Assembly (NCBI RefSeq): GCF_009914755.1
Contig: NC_060937.1
Reading direction: 5' to 3' (one strand)
Length of the DNA: 64,000 nucleotides
Source: the human T2T-CHM13v2.0 reference genome, Homo sapiens
Made by a program: the position numbers and the translations under genes. The notes below the pieces were generated by a model. That model did no database searches. It worked only from the letters and a program-made list of their open reading frames with translations, and was not told the DNA's origin. How positions within the stretch are numbered: the stretch's first letter is position 1; every line of letters starts with the position of its first letter. This document shows, one piece after another, positions 1 through 14,812 of the stretch.

Positions 1-34
1 AGTGGGGAACAGGGGAAAAATAGCTAAATATTTA

Positions 35-397
<363 letters not shown>

Positions 398-414
398 TTA
401 AATAGAAGCTTCTA

Positions 415-564
<150 letters not shown>

Positions 565-1045
565 TCATAAGATGCCCTCTGAATTGTATCACTTAGTGAA
601 GAGTAATTAACATGCAGAGTAGGATAAACTCTGGTTGTCATTCTTTTTCTCATGGACTACTTCTTTGAAAAGCACCATTGTTCGATATATGTATGGGACA
701 GGAAAGTGTGTTGGGATTGATGAAAATGCAGCCAGCTTATAAGAAGTCATCATGCGTATACAGTAGCTTAGAGTTCAGCTCACCTCATCAGAGCAAACTT
801 GAGCCAGTCGCTTAAGTTCCTCCTGAAAATTGAACCTGTATACTGTCATGGAGTCTGAAATGCCCAGATCATGGCCAAAGCAAAATATGGGTTAATTAAA
901 ATTGAATGATAAACAGTCCTTAGCTGAGGAGACCAGACTTCCCTACTGAAGTAGTACTCCATGCAGAACAGCATGTGCATTCAGGCACTTGTTCTTCATT
1001 GCAGTCAGTTTACCTAACTGAACAATCATTCAGTAGGAGTAGCTA

Positions 1046-1415
1046 CACAGTTGCTCAAACACACCAGGCACATTCCTACTTAGGGCTTTCGCTGTAGGTC
1101 CTTCCTTATCCTAGAAGGCTCTTTCCCCACAGATTCACCTGGTTAACTCGCTTATCTCCTTCAGGTCTTACTCAAATTTCATCTTTTCAACATGACTTAC
1201 CTTGATCACACTATTAGATACCGTAACCGGTCAGACATCCCTATCTCCCTACTCTCTTTTCCTTTTTATCCATAGTCTATCAATTCCTGTGGCATAACAC
1301 ATTAACTTATTTGTTTGCTTAGATTTTTTTCTGTCTGGATCCCTGGAGTGTAAGACAGACTATGAGCTCCACAACTGCCTAGAACAGTGCCTGACACATA
1401 GCAGATGTTTAATAT
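1046..1415 (+). mobile_element. L2 LINE 3' fragment
   Basis: L2-like ccttcaggtcttactcaaat and the 3' terminus ctagaacagtgcctgacacatagcagatgtttaata. Boundaries approximate. Confidence 0.7.
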
Positions 1416-1493
1416 TAACAGTGCTTGATTCATAGACTCTAAAATATAACAGTGACTGGCTGTATAAGGAGCAAGAAGACATAGTTATTGCTA

Positions 1494-1566
1494 TTATAGA
1501 TATATATTTATACACACACATAGTATGTTATATATATATAGTGTGTATATATGTACACGTATATAT
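1494..1566. repeat. Mixed (TA)n/(CA)n/(TG)n low-complexity tract
   Basis: tatatattatatacacacacatagtatgttatatatatatagtgtgtatatatgt-type alternating dinucleotides. Confidence 0.8.
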
Positions 1567-2384
1567 TTCTCTTTATCTGACTGCAGACTATGAAACCATC
1601 TATTATTAAATGTGGTTATTTTCTTTCTTAGGACAATATGGTGTGTCCCACACTGGTAAATGAATCATTTTAGGTGAACATCTGGATCAAATGTTCATGA
1701 GGTTTTGAAAATAAAAGTATTTCAAATCCATGGGTCTTAAAAATAGTTTGAAAAACAACCTTGCAAAAGTGAAAATTATTTTGAGACACAATGGAGTCTT
1801 TCCATCCTTTCACTAGTAGTGAAGACTCTACCGAGTTTGTCAAGCTGAGTTGATTGTTCTATAACTAGAATGACGTCAAAGGCTAAAATGTTTGTCTCAT
1901 AATGAATTTGACTTGGAGATTCAACATAGGACCAACTTCATTTCTAAGTTAGATATCAAAACTTACACAGACATGTAGGACAAAAGTTGGCAGACTTATC
2001 ATATATATGCTTAACGTAGGATCCTGAAGACCTACAGGGCCAGGCAGGTAACACAGAGAAGTGGAGGGTGCCAGGTCTCAGAAAGTCATTGGTGTCAGGA
2101 AGATGACAGGGAGTGGGGTGGGGTCTGGGGTAAACTTTGTCTGAAAGGAGCAGCTGCTAGTAGACATCACATACTTTTTGCTAAGGGGCTCCAAATACAA
2201 AAATCTCTTGATTTTTCTAAAGAACCCAGATTGGAATTTTTATATGAATCTCACAATTTATTAAAGTCCAATTCATATATATTTTTAAAAAACTCTCATA
2301 TAACATTGTATTATCAAAATACATCTGTGAGCCATCATAGCCTCTATCTTGTGACTTCTGGGTTAATCAACTGACTCATTAATT

Positions 2385-3140
2385 CTGCTTGTTCATTCAT
2401 TCATTCAATGAATATTTATTGAGCATTCACTATGTGCCAGACACCATTCTGAGCACTCCTGCTCTCATGGAGTTTACACTATAGTGAGGGAGGCAGACAA
2501 AAAACACATACATACTTAAAATGGTGTTAAACAGAGGCTGTGATCATATTGAGTGAGGGTGGGATTTGAGGTGTTTTCTTGATAAGCTTCTCAGTAAGGT
2601 CACCCTGAAGAGACAGCATTTGAGGAGAGACTTGACTGAAATAAGACAGTAAGCCATGCGAAGAGCATTCTAGGCAGAGGCAAGAGCATGTGCAAACGCC
2701 CTGAGGTCAAAACAAGCCTGGTGAACTGGAGGTACAGCAATGAGGCTACTAGCTACTAAAGCTGGAGAAGACTGACCCAGCCCAAATGCATGGAAAATGA
2801 AGTTGTAGAGGGAAGAATTTGAATGCTTTTTTTGAGGGAGTTCATTGCAAGGTTTGAAGAAGGGAAATGGCATGATCTAACATATTTTTCAAGAGATCAC
2901 TGTTGCTGCCCAGTGTAGAATAGAATGTAGGGCCAAGAAAGGAAGCACTGATGAGAACTAGTGGTGAGCTGGACCCTGTGCGCCCTGAGGCTGTGAAGAG
3001 CGGGTTATAGGCTGTATATATTTTAAGGGTAGAGGTAGCTAGCAGGACTTGCTGATGGGTTGGACACATGATGTGGGAAGTCAGGACACTCACAGAGGTT
3101 TACCATGTGCATGGTGAAGCCATTTACTGAAATGGGGGAG
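2385..3140 (-). mobile_element. L2 (L2a-like) fragment
   Basis: ttcattcattcattcaatgaatatttattgagcattcactatgtgccag is the reverse of the L2 3' end, followed by typical L2 body sequence. Confidence 0.85.
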
Positions 3141-3284
3141 ACTCAGTGCACCACAGGTCTGAACCAGCTTTGAACCCATGTAGCTTTAAAAGAACTGCCA
3201 ATTACCCTTAGAAATAAGAATAAAAATTATCCAACTGGTTTCAAGGATTATGCTAGACCCAGCCTGGTACAACTTATTCAGACA

Positions 3285-3790
3285 ATATTCTGCTATTGAT
3301 TACTCCTCCCTTCAAAACATGAAGCCTAATTTCCCTGCCTTTGAATGTGGATTGGACTTAGTGATTTGTTTTCAATGAATACAATGTGACAAAAGTGATG
3401 ATGTGTGATGTCTGACACTAGTTCCTAAAGAACTGGCTTCCTCTCTCTTGGAACACTTATTCTGGGGGAGGCCAGCTGCCATGTCATGAGGACACTCAAG
3501 CACCTCTGTGGAGAAACCAGATGGCAAAGAACTGAGGCCTCTTGAAAACATCAAGCACTAATTTGCCACGTCTGTGAATAAGAGGATCCTCCAGCTTTAG
3601 ACAAACGTTTGGACAACTGCATCCCCAGCCAGTATTTTAAATGTACCTTCTTGAGAGACCCTAAGCCAGGGCCACCCAACTAAGCCACTCCTTAATTGCC
3701 AAACCAAAGACACAATGTGATTTAAAAAATATTTACTGTTTTAAGCCACTAAATTGTAGGGTAATTTGTTATTCATTAGGAAACCAACAT
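3285..3790 (+). mobile_element. MLT1 (ERVL-MaLR) solo LTR, MLT1E/F-like
   Basis: gccagctgccatgtcatgagg...aactgaggcc, with the MLT1 terminus ttttaagccactaaattgtagggtaatttgtt. Confidence 0.8.
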
Positions 3791-4022
3791 GCCTGCTTGC
3801 ATTTGTTTGCTCACTTAAGTGAGTAATAGATCCACATTTGAACCCAGATGGTCTAGAGCCTATGCTTACAACCACTATAATACCTGCCGGACAGTGGTTT
3901 GAAGGAGGTGATTGTACAAAACAAAATGTTTAGAATTAAATCAAATTTTTTTTAAACCTATAGCTATGTGTCAAATAATAGTAAAATATCTAGATGCAGA
4001 GCAAAATCTTCTGCTCACCTAG

Positions 4023-4509
4023 TGCGATGGTTAACTTTATGTGTTAACTTGACCAGCCACTGGTTGCTCAATTAAACATTCTCTATTTCTGAGTGTGTCT
4101 GTGAGGATGTGTCTGGAAGAAATTAGTATATGAATTTGTGGACTCAGAACAGCAGATTGCCTTACCCTAGGTGGGTGGCCATTATCCAATCTCTTGAGGG
4201 CCTGAATAGAACAAAAGGCAGAGGCAGAAGGAATTTGCCCCTTTTTCTTCCTATCTGGAATGTCTCATTTCATCTCCCCTGGCCCTCAGACTGGTTTCTC
4301 AGGCCTTTGGACTTGGACTGAATTACACCACTGGCTTTCCTATATTTGCAGCTTGCAAATGGCCAATTATGGGACTTCTTAGCCTCTATAATCTCATAAA
4401 CCAATTCCTCATTATCTATTTATCTGTCTGTCTACTAACTACCTATCTACCTATCCATCCATCTATCTATCCCACTGGTTCTGTTTCTCTGGAGAACCCT
4501 GACTAATCC
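4023..4509 (+). mobile_element. MLT2 (ERVL) solo LTR, MLT2B-like
   Basis: Starts tgcgatggttaactttatgtgttaacttgac, ends ggttctgtttctctggagaaccctgactaat, and has an internal TATC-like tract. Confidence 0.85.
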
Positions 4510-4942
4510 CCCTAGTTATTTTATTCAAATAATGTACAAACATTTGGATATTTTAAAATATTTTATTCTGTCTTAAATTATTTCCAAATATGTTAATATT
4601 GTTATCCTGTAGGTATGGCTATCAGAAGAATCAAGATGAATGAGCGTCCAGACCATTGAAGGGAAAGAAGTCTGGCTGATGAAAATGAGCTCTGCACTGA
4701 ATCCAGGCCATGTTTTGAGGTTTCCATTGTTTTTGGCTCAGCCTAGAAATTGGATTATTGCTCTTCATACCACTGGAGGCCTGCAGCCCAACCTCTGACC
4801 CAAGCTATCACAGAAAACAGGGAAACACAAACTGAAAATTATAACAATGCTCTTCAAGCTCAACAGAGAGATAGTCAGACACGTAATCACCACGGAGAGA
4901 TTACAGTTTTCTAGTCTACACTTTTGAAGGGAAAGAGACTGC

Positions 4943-4982
4943 AAAAAAAAAAAAAAAAAAAAAAAAAGAGAGAGAGAGAGAG
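4943..4982. repeat. A25 followed by (GA)n
   Basis: Seen directly. A second tract, A18, lies at 5354-5371. Confidence 0.95.
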
Positions 4983-7900
4983 CATTAACCTTTATCAGCT
5001 TTCAGCATTTCATGCTTTCAATTTAGAACTGGATGCTATTGGCTCTGGAAGGCCATAGAAGATGTGGGAAGAGCATGCACTGTTGCTTCCATTATTTTGT
5101 AGTGAGAAGGATGGCTTTGGCGAGACTCTAAACGCTCTTCCTTTAAAAATCTTAACCTCTGCCTCACTGATCAGAAGGCTTTGTGGAGACCCAGCAAAGC
5201 CTGATACTCTGTGACAGAAACCATGCCCACTATTGATGCTCATCTCTGTCATCTTAATGGCCTCTAGCAAGAAAGTCTTTAGGCAAGCTAGTGCTTGAAG
5301 CTTACCTAAAATATAAAGGTATCCCTGGTGGGGAAAAACTATGAAGTTTTGCCAAAAAAAAAAAAAAAAAATTCACTCTCAACCAAGATGCCATCTTTAA
5401 AATTTGGTGAGAGATTGTTCTTATAGATGGGTATGATTCTTAGACATTCATTTCTTCATCATTCTTTGGGAAAAATAACAACATCTAACATCAATAATTT
5501 GAAGTCTAAGGATACAGCTTTCCCCACTGAAGAGGAAATGGATTCACTTTATTGCAAGAGGAAGCAACTCTAACTTTAAACCCAGCAATAACACATTCCT
5601 TATTCCCTATTTTTAGTTTTTTCTTTGGACTTTACCCCATTAAATTAGATAACTTAAGGGCAAGGTCTGAACAGTGAAGACAATTCAAACATGTAATCAA
5701 AAGGCTGTCTCTCTGATCGCAAAAAGGGTGTTTAGAGTTTAATATTGACACTATGTCGCTTCCACATAAATTAAAATTTTAAATCCTGTTTAAAATTCAG
5801 TTGAATATATGTTACCTAACATTGATCAAATATGAGCCAGTTGGCAATACTCACATAACTGGCACTGGTTTTCATATCATGATGTCTCATCTAACTGAAT
5901 AGCTGTTGTTAGTGTTAAGTCCTGCTGGCAATATGGTATCCATTTGACAAAATGATAGCCTATGTTTGTGCTGACCCATTTTACCCTAAGGCTTATACTG
6001 CTTCTCTAGAACATTTCTTTTGGATGATAAACACAAATAAATAAACACTAGATTGAAAAAAGGTGTGGCCATACTGGCTAAAAGATTTCTACTCAAGAAA
6101 GACCGTGATTTTATAACTTTACCTTGGAACAGCTGCTTGAGAAAGAAACAAGGCAAGAGAATCCAAATAAATTATTCTATTACATTATAAAGTCATTTTG
6201 ATATTATAGTTTAAAATTTTTCTAAAAGGATAAATAGCATGAATAAGAAACAAATATTCTTTACTTATTTGAGGGTTTTGTGAAGTGAATCCTACAAAAT
6301 CTCTCTAACCAGGGGATTTACATGTTTCATTTCTCTTTTTAATTAAAAATCACATACTTGAGATAATAAATGAAGAAAAAAAATCCTGTTAACACACACC
6401 CCTGTTAATGCCAAAAGGAGTCAAGCCCCATAAAGTCAGGAAATGTCAAAGTTAACCATCTTGTACAAGCAAATGTTCACTCACCTCATTAAACATAGAT
6501 AGCATTTTCTTTTTCTACTTTATTAAATTACAAATGTACATTGAGCTTTAACTGTTTATTTGTTTCAGAATATTCTACAACATTTATAATGCCTAGTACA
6601 GTGATTGGCACACAGTGGTCACTCATTCAATGTTTGTTAAGTAACGATGAACGGATGAGTGGATGAATGAATTTGATCACACGGCAGAAATCATCTATGA
6701 CAAAACATTTGTCATGAGCTTTTCAGTTCTCATACTCTACATATATTCTTTAGATAATTGACATGACTGTATATTTACTATTTATATTTTCTAGTACTGA
6801 TGATCAGGTCTTCTTGGCACATAGAGTCAGAAACTCTAGAATTGAGGCTTGAGAGTGGGCTGGACTCTTGTTGGAGTTCTGCTCTTCCATGCAGGGCGGA
6901 AAAGGTAACGACAAAAATTCCTCTCCCACCCTCTCTCTCCTACTCAAACTTGTCAAGGCAATGACTGATACAAAACAGAACCTACTGTTTCTCACTATGT
7001 AATGGGAGTCTATGAAGAGCTTCAGCTGTGGAGAGGATTGTTAAGTTTCGTGGAAGTAGATGCAGTAAACATAGGAGCATTGTAAGAGATGATTGTTTTA
7101 GAGGATGAGTGAGTGGTGTAATTAAGAGGACAACCAAGATTACTTTGCCAGACTGCAGTCTATTCCATCCTGTGATAAGTTGTGAACGTTTCTTTAAACG
7201 ACTGGCATTATATAAATGTTTTCACAGTAAGAGTCAAAAAAGGAAAATAATGGAATGGCTGCATTTCACAACTTTAGGAAAGGGTGTATTCTGTTTTTGT
7301 CTCTGTTTCCTGTAGTAGTTAAGAGTTTTTCTGTGTTTGAACTAGAGTTTTAATGAGATAGGGCACCTTCACTAAAGGACTTCCATGCCAGAACTCTTTC
7401 TGTATTAATACACAAAGAAATAGTTCAAAGTAAGCTTTGAATTTGGAGTCAATATGCTGATCAAGTGCATGGAAATATTTTCTTCTTGACATACAGTGCA
7501 CCGTGCCCTGAAGGACAAATATAAATTACAAGTTCTACCCTGCATCCATCAGAATGCCCTTAATCACTTAAAGATTAGCCTATGTGAGTTAGAAATATGT
7601 GGGTCAGAAATAATGTTAGCTTATCCCCCAGGGGTGCCATCTCAATAGATTACAATAAGTACAGTGCCCCCTAGAGTTGTGCAAGGCAGCGGTTCTGTCC
7701 ATGGGAATCTATTTCACACACATCCACAAAACAGAGGCCTTTTCACAGCTCTGGAAAGATTCCTCTAACTTGCTGAAATAGAACAATGGCTTATGAAAAT
7801 GAATTAAAGTTCTTGAAACAAAATCTCTAAGAGAAACATAGAGATAGAAAACAATTTTTTAAAAATATTTCTTAAGAGAAATTGAAGTTTACCTCAAATA

Positions 7901-10900
7901 TATTTTCCTACCAGAAATTTATTTCTGAGTCTGTAACAGGCCAGGAAAGAAATTGATTGTACTCTTTTATTATCTAAATTTAAAAATATATCCATAGTTT
8001 GAGCTTTAAAACTATCACCGACATATTACATATTTTGAAAAGATCCAACTAAGGGAAATAACAAACCCCATTCACAAACCTGGCCTATTATTAGTTCACT
8101 TATCTGAGCTGGATCTTCTAAGATCACTGGTGATATCTGAAGACACAGAAGAATGAGAACCTGAGGGCCTCCTGGCTCAGAACGAGACTTGCAAACTACA
8201 TGAATTCAACAAACCTTATTAAGTAACTTCATGCCATACCTAAGCCTAATTCTATCTGTGGAATATCTTATGGGAGACTAATAAGCTGTGATCAGAAAAT
8301 GTCTGATTACTATGGAATCTGAAAGCTCATTAAAATAGGCTGAACACACTGAGTGAGTGGGAAGAAGACAGCGTACAGTGTAAACATTCTGAGGATAGTT
8401 TTCCTCCTTTCTGGAAACTACAATGAAACTGAAGAAGACAGAAGTGGGGAAAAGACACAGGTCAGCAGGCATGAGTGCAGTTTTGAGCCTCAAAAGGGGA
8501 GACTTGCTTGAGAAATGCTTCAATCAATTTTGCTAATAAATTTCTGATTCAAGAATGATCCTCTTCTATCTTCTCCCTTCACGCCTTCTCCTCTCTCTCT
8601 CCCTCTCTCCCATCCACCACCACATTTTGGCCATTTTCTTGTTCCTTTACATTTTCACCAGAGGCCCTACAGGGAAGGATAAATAACTCTCTAAAATAAA
8701 AGCCTTGGAAATAATAAAAAGTCTAAAATTAGAGAAGTTGTTGGCTAAGGTATACCCACACACCACATTCAGCTATCTCCCAAACATAACCAACTTCTTT
8801 TTAACTGTGCAAAGTCCTGAAAGAGAATGTTTCACATCATAAATTACATCTTGAATCTTATTTCAGCTCAGGCTTTATCTGTCAACACCCTTTAAAGAAC
8901 TTAATCATTTATTAGCATTTGGCATGTTTCTCTAAAAATAATCAACTATAGCATATTAGCTACACAGAGATACCCTTATATGGTTTTCTTTGTGAATTGA
9001 AGAACATGGCTCCCTGGCCTGGAGACAACAGGGTCTTGGCTACGTTATCCTTTTGTACAACTATGGAAATATCTTCAATCTTGAAAGACTCATTTTAAAT
9101 GAGCAAACTGAGAAATGTAAACCTTTTGATAGATAAGCCTTACCATATTGAAAGAAAACCTTACCTTGACATTTGTAGAGGCTTGGATTTACGGAGTGAC
9201 CAAGTGGCAGATCAAAGGCACACACAAGAAATACCATCAAATTGAACCTAGGGAACCTTGCATTGCCCAAGGCCAAGTGCTTACTGACCATTTTGTCACA
9301 GAAATCTATGACCAACATGTGAAACAGTGAATTGGGAATATGAAGTCTGAGTTTCTGGTTGATTTGAATTCTGCTATCAACCTGTTATCTGACTATGACA
9401 ATACTTTAATACAGAAGGAATCAAGCTTTCTTTTTCTTTTTCATTTGGACATCGGTAAAAATATGAGTGGAAAAAGCCCACTACTCTTATGTCTTCTGTA
9501 TAACATCATTTGTCTGAAGCATTTGTGTAGTATTGACAGTTGCAGCCACTATGATAGATGGGTGTCAGGGTATTTGCTGTATTGTTAACTGATTCCAGGT
9601 CATTCAAGCTAAAAGCCTGGCTTTTAATTAACACGTTTTAAAAGTTAATACTTTAAATGCACTTAATTGGTGCTCCTTAAAAATTATTTTGCTTTACATA
9701 AATCATACAGGTTCCACTTTTGGTTCAGAATGCTTATGCTGGTAAAATATCTTTAAATATTACTAAAATATTTCAGTTACTTGACTGGAAATGAGAACAT
9801 TGTTATTAAACTGGGATAAATTAGACTCCTCTCCCAATGATACCCTTACTTCTTGTGTTGCTATATATGCATATGCTTCAGTTTACTGATTGGAATATGT
9901 GAATATACTTCAGTTTACTGACTGGAAAATTATAACTTCAAAAGTTGGTGGTGTTCCATCAACTTTTACTTTTAACTACAAAACTAGTTAATTATACATA
10001 AACTTGTTAAGTACCAGAAGTAGTCTAAGAGGATAGTGCAAAAGGTAAATTTGTTCAGAAAGATAATCCTGATTGTGTCACAAGCAGAAAATGTCTGATT
10101 ACCTGCCAAGGTCACTTCACTCGAAACTCATTTGTGGGTTCAGTGAAGCAATTCCGCATTTTGACATACCAGCATTTTAATGTTATATGTTCCCACCCTT
10201 AACTAGTTAAACGTTAAAGATCAGCAGTTTTGCCTTTCAGAACTATGAATGCAGCCTCTTTGCCTCTAATAGTAGCCTACAGTTCTTAACTGTAAAACCA
10301 TCTAGAAGCACTCCAGTGGGTCACCAGCCTAATTTCTAGCTCTCCATCACCACTGGACACCTGATTACCTTTGGATCCTTACCAAACTAGTTAATGTGGA
10401 TATTGGTATTTGTCTTATCAGTTTGCAAGTAGATTTGTTTTTAAATGCAATTTCTTTACACATAAAGGAAGCTATATTTGAGAGCTAACTTCTTTAACTC
10501 AGTTATCCATGTAAATATAACATAAAGAGAGTTAATAAAATTCAGAAGTAATTTAAGAACTCACTATTTGCTCAAGAATTTTTAACTTCTCCCAACCTAC
10601 AACCAAGTTTTGTTAAATATCATTGCCAAAGCAAACCAAGCCAAATCAACTAACCAACCAAACAACAACATAAACACATTGATAGCATCCCCAAGTATAC
10701 CCGGCTGTCTTGCTTTTTATCCAGCTTTGATATCTATGCTTCTACAACTTAGTAGTGGAACACCAGGCTCTCATGTGAACAAATATCTAGATTACCCCAT
10801 TTATTTTAGGATATATAGGAAGGGCAAAATAAGTAGCTTGTGAATAAGGAGAAATTCATCCTAACGTCAGGTAGTCAAGCACTGGCTTTTGGTTCTGATG

Positions 10901-12399
10901 TATATGTAGACTATGTAAATATTAAGCATGGTGGCCCATATACATATTACAGATAAACATTAATATGCATTTACATCCATATTGAGATATTATATAAAAT
11001 AGTGATTAATACCAAGAGTACAAGAATAACTTTCTAGCACAATATGGCAATATCTTTCAAAATTACAATGCACACACATTTTGATTTAATAATTCCAGTT
11101 ATAAAAATTTACCCTTCAGATGTAGTCACACATGTGTGCAAAGCCATATGTACAAACATGTCGTTTGTAGTCATGTTTGTCACGACAAAAGCTGGAAAAC
11201 AAAGAATACTCAAAACGCACATACACACACATACACACATTTTAATAACATTTATCATTTCTTGCTATATGCCATGCCCTGTGCCAAATGATAGTCATCT
11301 TTTTACTTATATATTCTTATAAAACTTAACATTTTAATGTATGTACATGTACACGTGCATATATATTTAAATAAATATCTCCTTTGGATGCCTGAAGTTT
11401 TCATTGTTCTTCTGGTTGGTGTTGTGTAATGTAGGCATAGCCCTAGTGTGTGCCTATGAGAAGCGTAAGCAACGCTTATTATTTTCTGCATGTTTACATG
11501 AGTTTAAAGTTCTTCAGCAGCCTCAACTTGCTAAGTGTCCTCAGACACTTCCCTAGCCTTCAACACAGGATTTCACCCACAACACAGGAGACCTGTGAGA
11601 GTGGTATGATTCTTCCTAAAAGTTTCCAGGGACCCAGCTCCTTGAGGAAGTCCAGGCAGATCAGACATGTTTCCCAATGCTTTTCAGCTTCCCACTGCAG
11701 CAACTCCAGATAAAGTCCCACCAATTCCACAGCCTGAAGACTGTAGCTTCCAATAAGAGCTATGACATTTTGTGATTTGTCAACTTTACTGAACTCTATA
11801 TTCATTAAACTCTAGATTAATGGAATAGATTCACATTGACATTTCTGGGCCTCTGGGCCCTTAGTGTGCCAACAGGAGAGTAGGAGAATTTCACAAACCC
11901 CCAGAAATTGTGTATATTGAATTCTCAAAGAGAATTATAAAACCCCACCAAAAAAATTAGAAATCACTGGTTTAGATTTAAGCCTCTCATATTAGGATAT
12001 ATTAAATATAGCCTTCATAACTCATTTAAATTACTTTTTTCTGAATGATCATACCTGACTACTCTGAAATTCTAAATGCATTAAAAAAACTACGTTGCCA
12101 CAATTATTTAGGAGAATAAATGGCTTTTAACTGGTCCTGGATTTGATATTTTGGTAAATTAAGCCATTAGAATAATTTCCACTGATATTACACACTACAG
12201 ACCAGCTGAAGGGGGTTTCAAGAGACCGAAATCCTGACTCAAATTAATTTCTGAAAATGTTTACCAAGTATTCTACTGTGGGATAGCATATTATTTGCCA
12301 TAATTCCACCAAATGCTCCCAAATGAGATCCTAAAACAATACTCAAGGTTGGAGATGACCATGCAGTGCCTGAGCATGCTTTGTGCAGTGGGATGGGGT

Positions 12400-12610
12400 G
12401 GACCACAGGGTCTTGGGCTGGATGATCTGCTTTCAAGCCCCAGTTTCATTACTTTGTAGTGGTATGACATTAGGCAAGTTACTTCTTCACCTCTCTGACA
12501 AGTAGTTTGCCTAGATCTAAAGCAGGAATGATAACGATACCTCCTCTACAGGGTTGTTATAGTGACTTAATGAAATAAACCAAGTGCCTAGTGCATCATT
12601 AACTGGTAGC
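12400..12610 (+). mobile_element. MIR SINE
   Basis: MIR core tgacattaggcaagttacttcttcacctctctg...cagggttgttatagtgacttaatga. Confidence 0.7.
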
Positions 12611-13757
12611 CATTATTATGATATTGTGTCTCAAGCTAAACCTAAGGCCACAAGGTAGGATTCAATAATGATGACCTTAGTGATGGGACGTAATGTGATG
12701 AATGTGTTTGTGACCCATGTAGATTAATGGATGGACAGATTTATAATGACTCATTGGCTTATTTCAGAAGTAAAAACACAGTCATGTTAAGACTGGATGG
12801 CTTCAGGGAAAAGGATGTAACTTCCTAGGGAAATCATATGGGAGTTTGAAATGAAAGGGAAACTGTATGACCTCTTGGGGAGTCAGAAATTCTCTAGTTT
12901 ATTACAAATACTCATTTAACCAGACAGAGGAAATAAGATGGTTCTGGAAGAGCTGATTTATATCTGTCCTGGAGGCAGCACACCAGAACTAAAAAAATGT
13001 TCTCAATCCCACCTTCTACACAGCACTTCAGCTACTGTCTGATTTAGAAAGGTTTCTAACTGGGCTGGACATGTGGGGTTTCCTGACCCCCTAAACAGAA
13101 CTTTCATAAAATCCTGTGCCAACCTAGCAAAACTAGATTTTAATCTCCCTTTGGGAAGAGATCTTGTTAGATTTATTTTAAATTTATCACAACACCTTGT
13201 ACTGAAAAGTTCTCAATTCGGTTTTGATGAATTGAATTGAAATTCCTTTGCCAAATTAGAATGGGAAGATTTAGTTTGTGGGACGCCTTAAGAAGTAAAA
13301 GGGTCACTTCTGGCCCTCACGGAGTTGTGGCTGCATTTAGAGATTCAATTTCAGCTCTTACCAAGTAAATCCTCACAGTTCATCAGAATCAATTGCCACA
13401 CAGGATTTTAGGATTTCTTCAATCGATTCCCCCATTTCCGGGGGTGATTCCCTTTAGAGAAAACTATATCCTAATCCACTCTCACCGCTAAACCTCAGAA
13501 ATGTTCGGAATTCCCCTTAAAATATAGCTATTGGGTTAGGATTTTTAGAGATTTATGAAGGGAAATTTACAGGCATGCCTTATGGTAACTACTCCTGCCA
13601 ATAGGTCAAAGCATTCCCTACAACATTTCCCAACTTTACATTCCATTTTTTTCCCCTTGTACTGAAGTACTGAAGTCAGGGCTAGCTATAGGCAAATCTG
13701 CAAAGCACAATTCCATTTCCTTACACTGTGATTGTGTTTTTATGTGCAACTTTCTAT

Positions 13758-13780
13758 TGCTGCTGCTGCTGCTGCTGCTG
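13758..13780. repeat. (CTG)7 trinucleotide repeat in EDNRB intron 1
   Basis: tgctgctgctgctgctgctgctg. Confidence 0.95.
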
Positions 13781-14089
13781 GGAAAGTTTTAAATATTTTC
13801 ATATGTCTTTGAAATTTTCCAACTGTTTTATTTAGACTGCTTTTTTTTTTTTTAACACCATAAAGCCTCAGTAAGTGGGCACTGGCAGCCTTATTGTGGA
13901 ATTGAGGAAACTGAGGCCCAGAGGTGCTGGGATGTGTCTGGAGTTCCAAAGCAACCTGGAGCAACCTGGCTCTTTGTGTGTTTCTACTGACGCCCATGGT
14001 AATCACACAATAATGTTAACTACCGAAACCCTTACAGATTTTGAGTGCTCCTTGGTCTTGTCCATGAAATAATTGATGGGGTGCCATCA

Positions 14090-14280
14090 TATAGCTTGCA
14101 CTTTGGAACCTGACAGATTGGGTCTGATCCCCAGCTCCACCTCTAATTCATTTACTTTGATCATCCTACCAGTCATCTGTAAACTAATTGTAATATCTAC
14201 TTGTGGGCTGCTGGAAGGAATAATGGAAGTAACACATCTCACCCAGTCCTTGGCCCACTGTAGATATTTAATACAAAGTA
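14090..14280 (+). mobile_element. MIR SINE
   Basis: ctttggaacctgacagattgggtctgatccccagctccac...catctgtaaa. Confidence 0.6.
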
Positions 14281-14402
14281 GCTACAGTCCGTCACAGCAG
14301 GTGAACTGTGTTTTTCCTACTCACCAGTCTGGATCTCTTTTTTCCAGGCCATTTATTTCCTAAATACCTACTTTGTACCTGCTACTTTCAAAGTCTTCCA
14401 AA

Positions 14403-14782
14403 ACAGTCCTTCCCAAAGTTAGTGGGCATATCAATCACATGAAGATCTTAAGATGCAGATTCTAACTTAGTAAGTCTGAGGTAGCCTTGCATTCCTAACA
14501 AACTCTCAGGTAATATTGATGCTGACTGTCCATGGACCACACACTTTTGACTAGAGGATGTACCCCATTAGGTGCACTTAGGGACTAGATCCTTCAGGAC
14601 TAGTGGTTCTCAAACTTTACAGTTCATCATAATCACATAAAGGGCTTGTTAAAATACAAATTACTGTGCTCCACTCCAGAGTTTCTGATTCAGTAGGTCT
14701 GGGGTGAGGCCAGAAAAATCTTCATGTGCACCAAGTTCCCAAAGTGATACTAACATTGCTAGACTGGGGACTACGCTTGTCC
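14403..14782. mobile_element. Two adjacent MER5A-like hAT-Charlie elements (~14403-14552 and ~14598-14782)
   Basis: tagtggttctcaaactt...tttctgattcagtaggtctggggtgaggccag, and gcagattctaacttagtaagtctgagg...ggaccacactttt. Confidence 0.75.
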
Positions 14783-14812
14783 TAAGCTTAGCAGAGGTCT
14801 ACTGAAGACCTG

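Noticed and set aside
4600-5371. Possible terminal exon of an antisense lncRNA (EDNRB-AS1 type) ending at genomic A-tracts
   Set aside because: Exon boundaries cannot be supported from sequence alone, and the A25/A18 tracts could produce oligo-dT priming artefacts.
7625-7697. CTCF-like ACTCTAGGGGGCAC in a probable MER91-like fragment
   Set aside because: Mismatches in the motif core and an uncertain repeat call.
13507-13516. NF-kB consensus GGGGAATTCC (minus) in intron 1
   Set aside because: A single 10-mer with no supporting evidence; degenerate matches are expected by chance in 64 kb.
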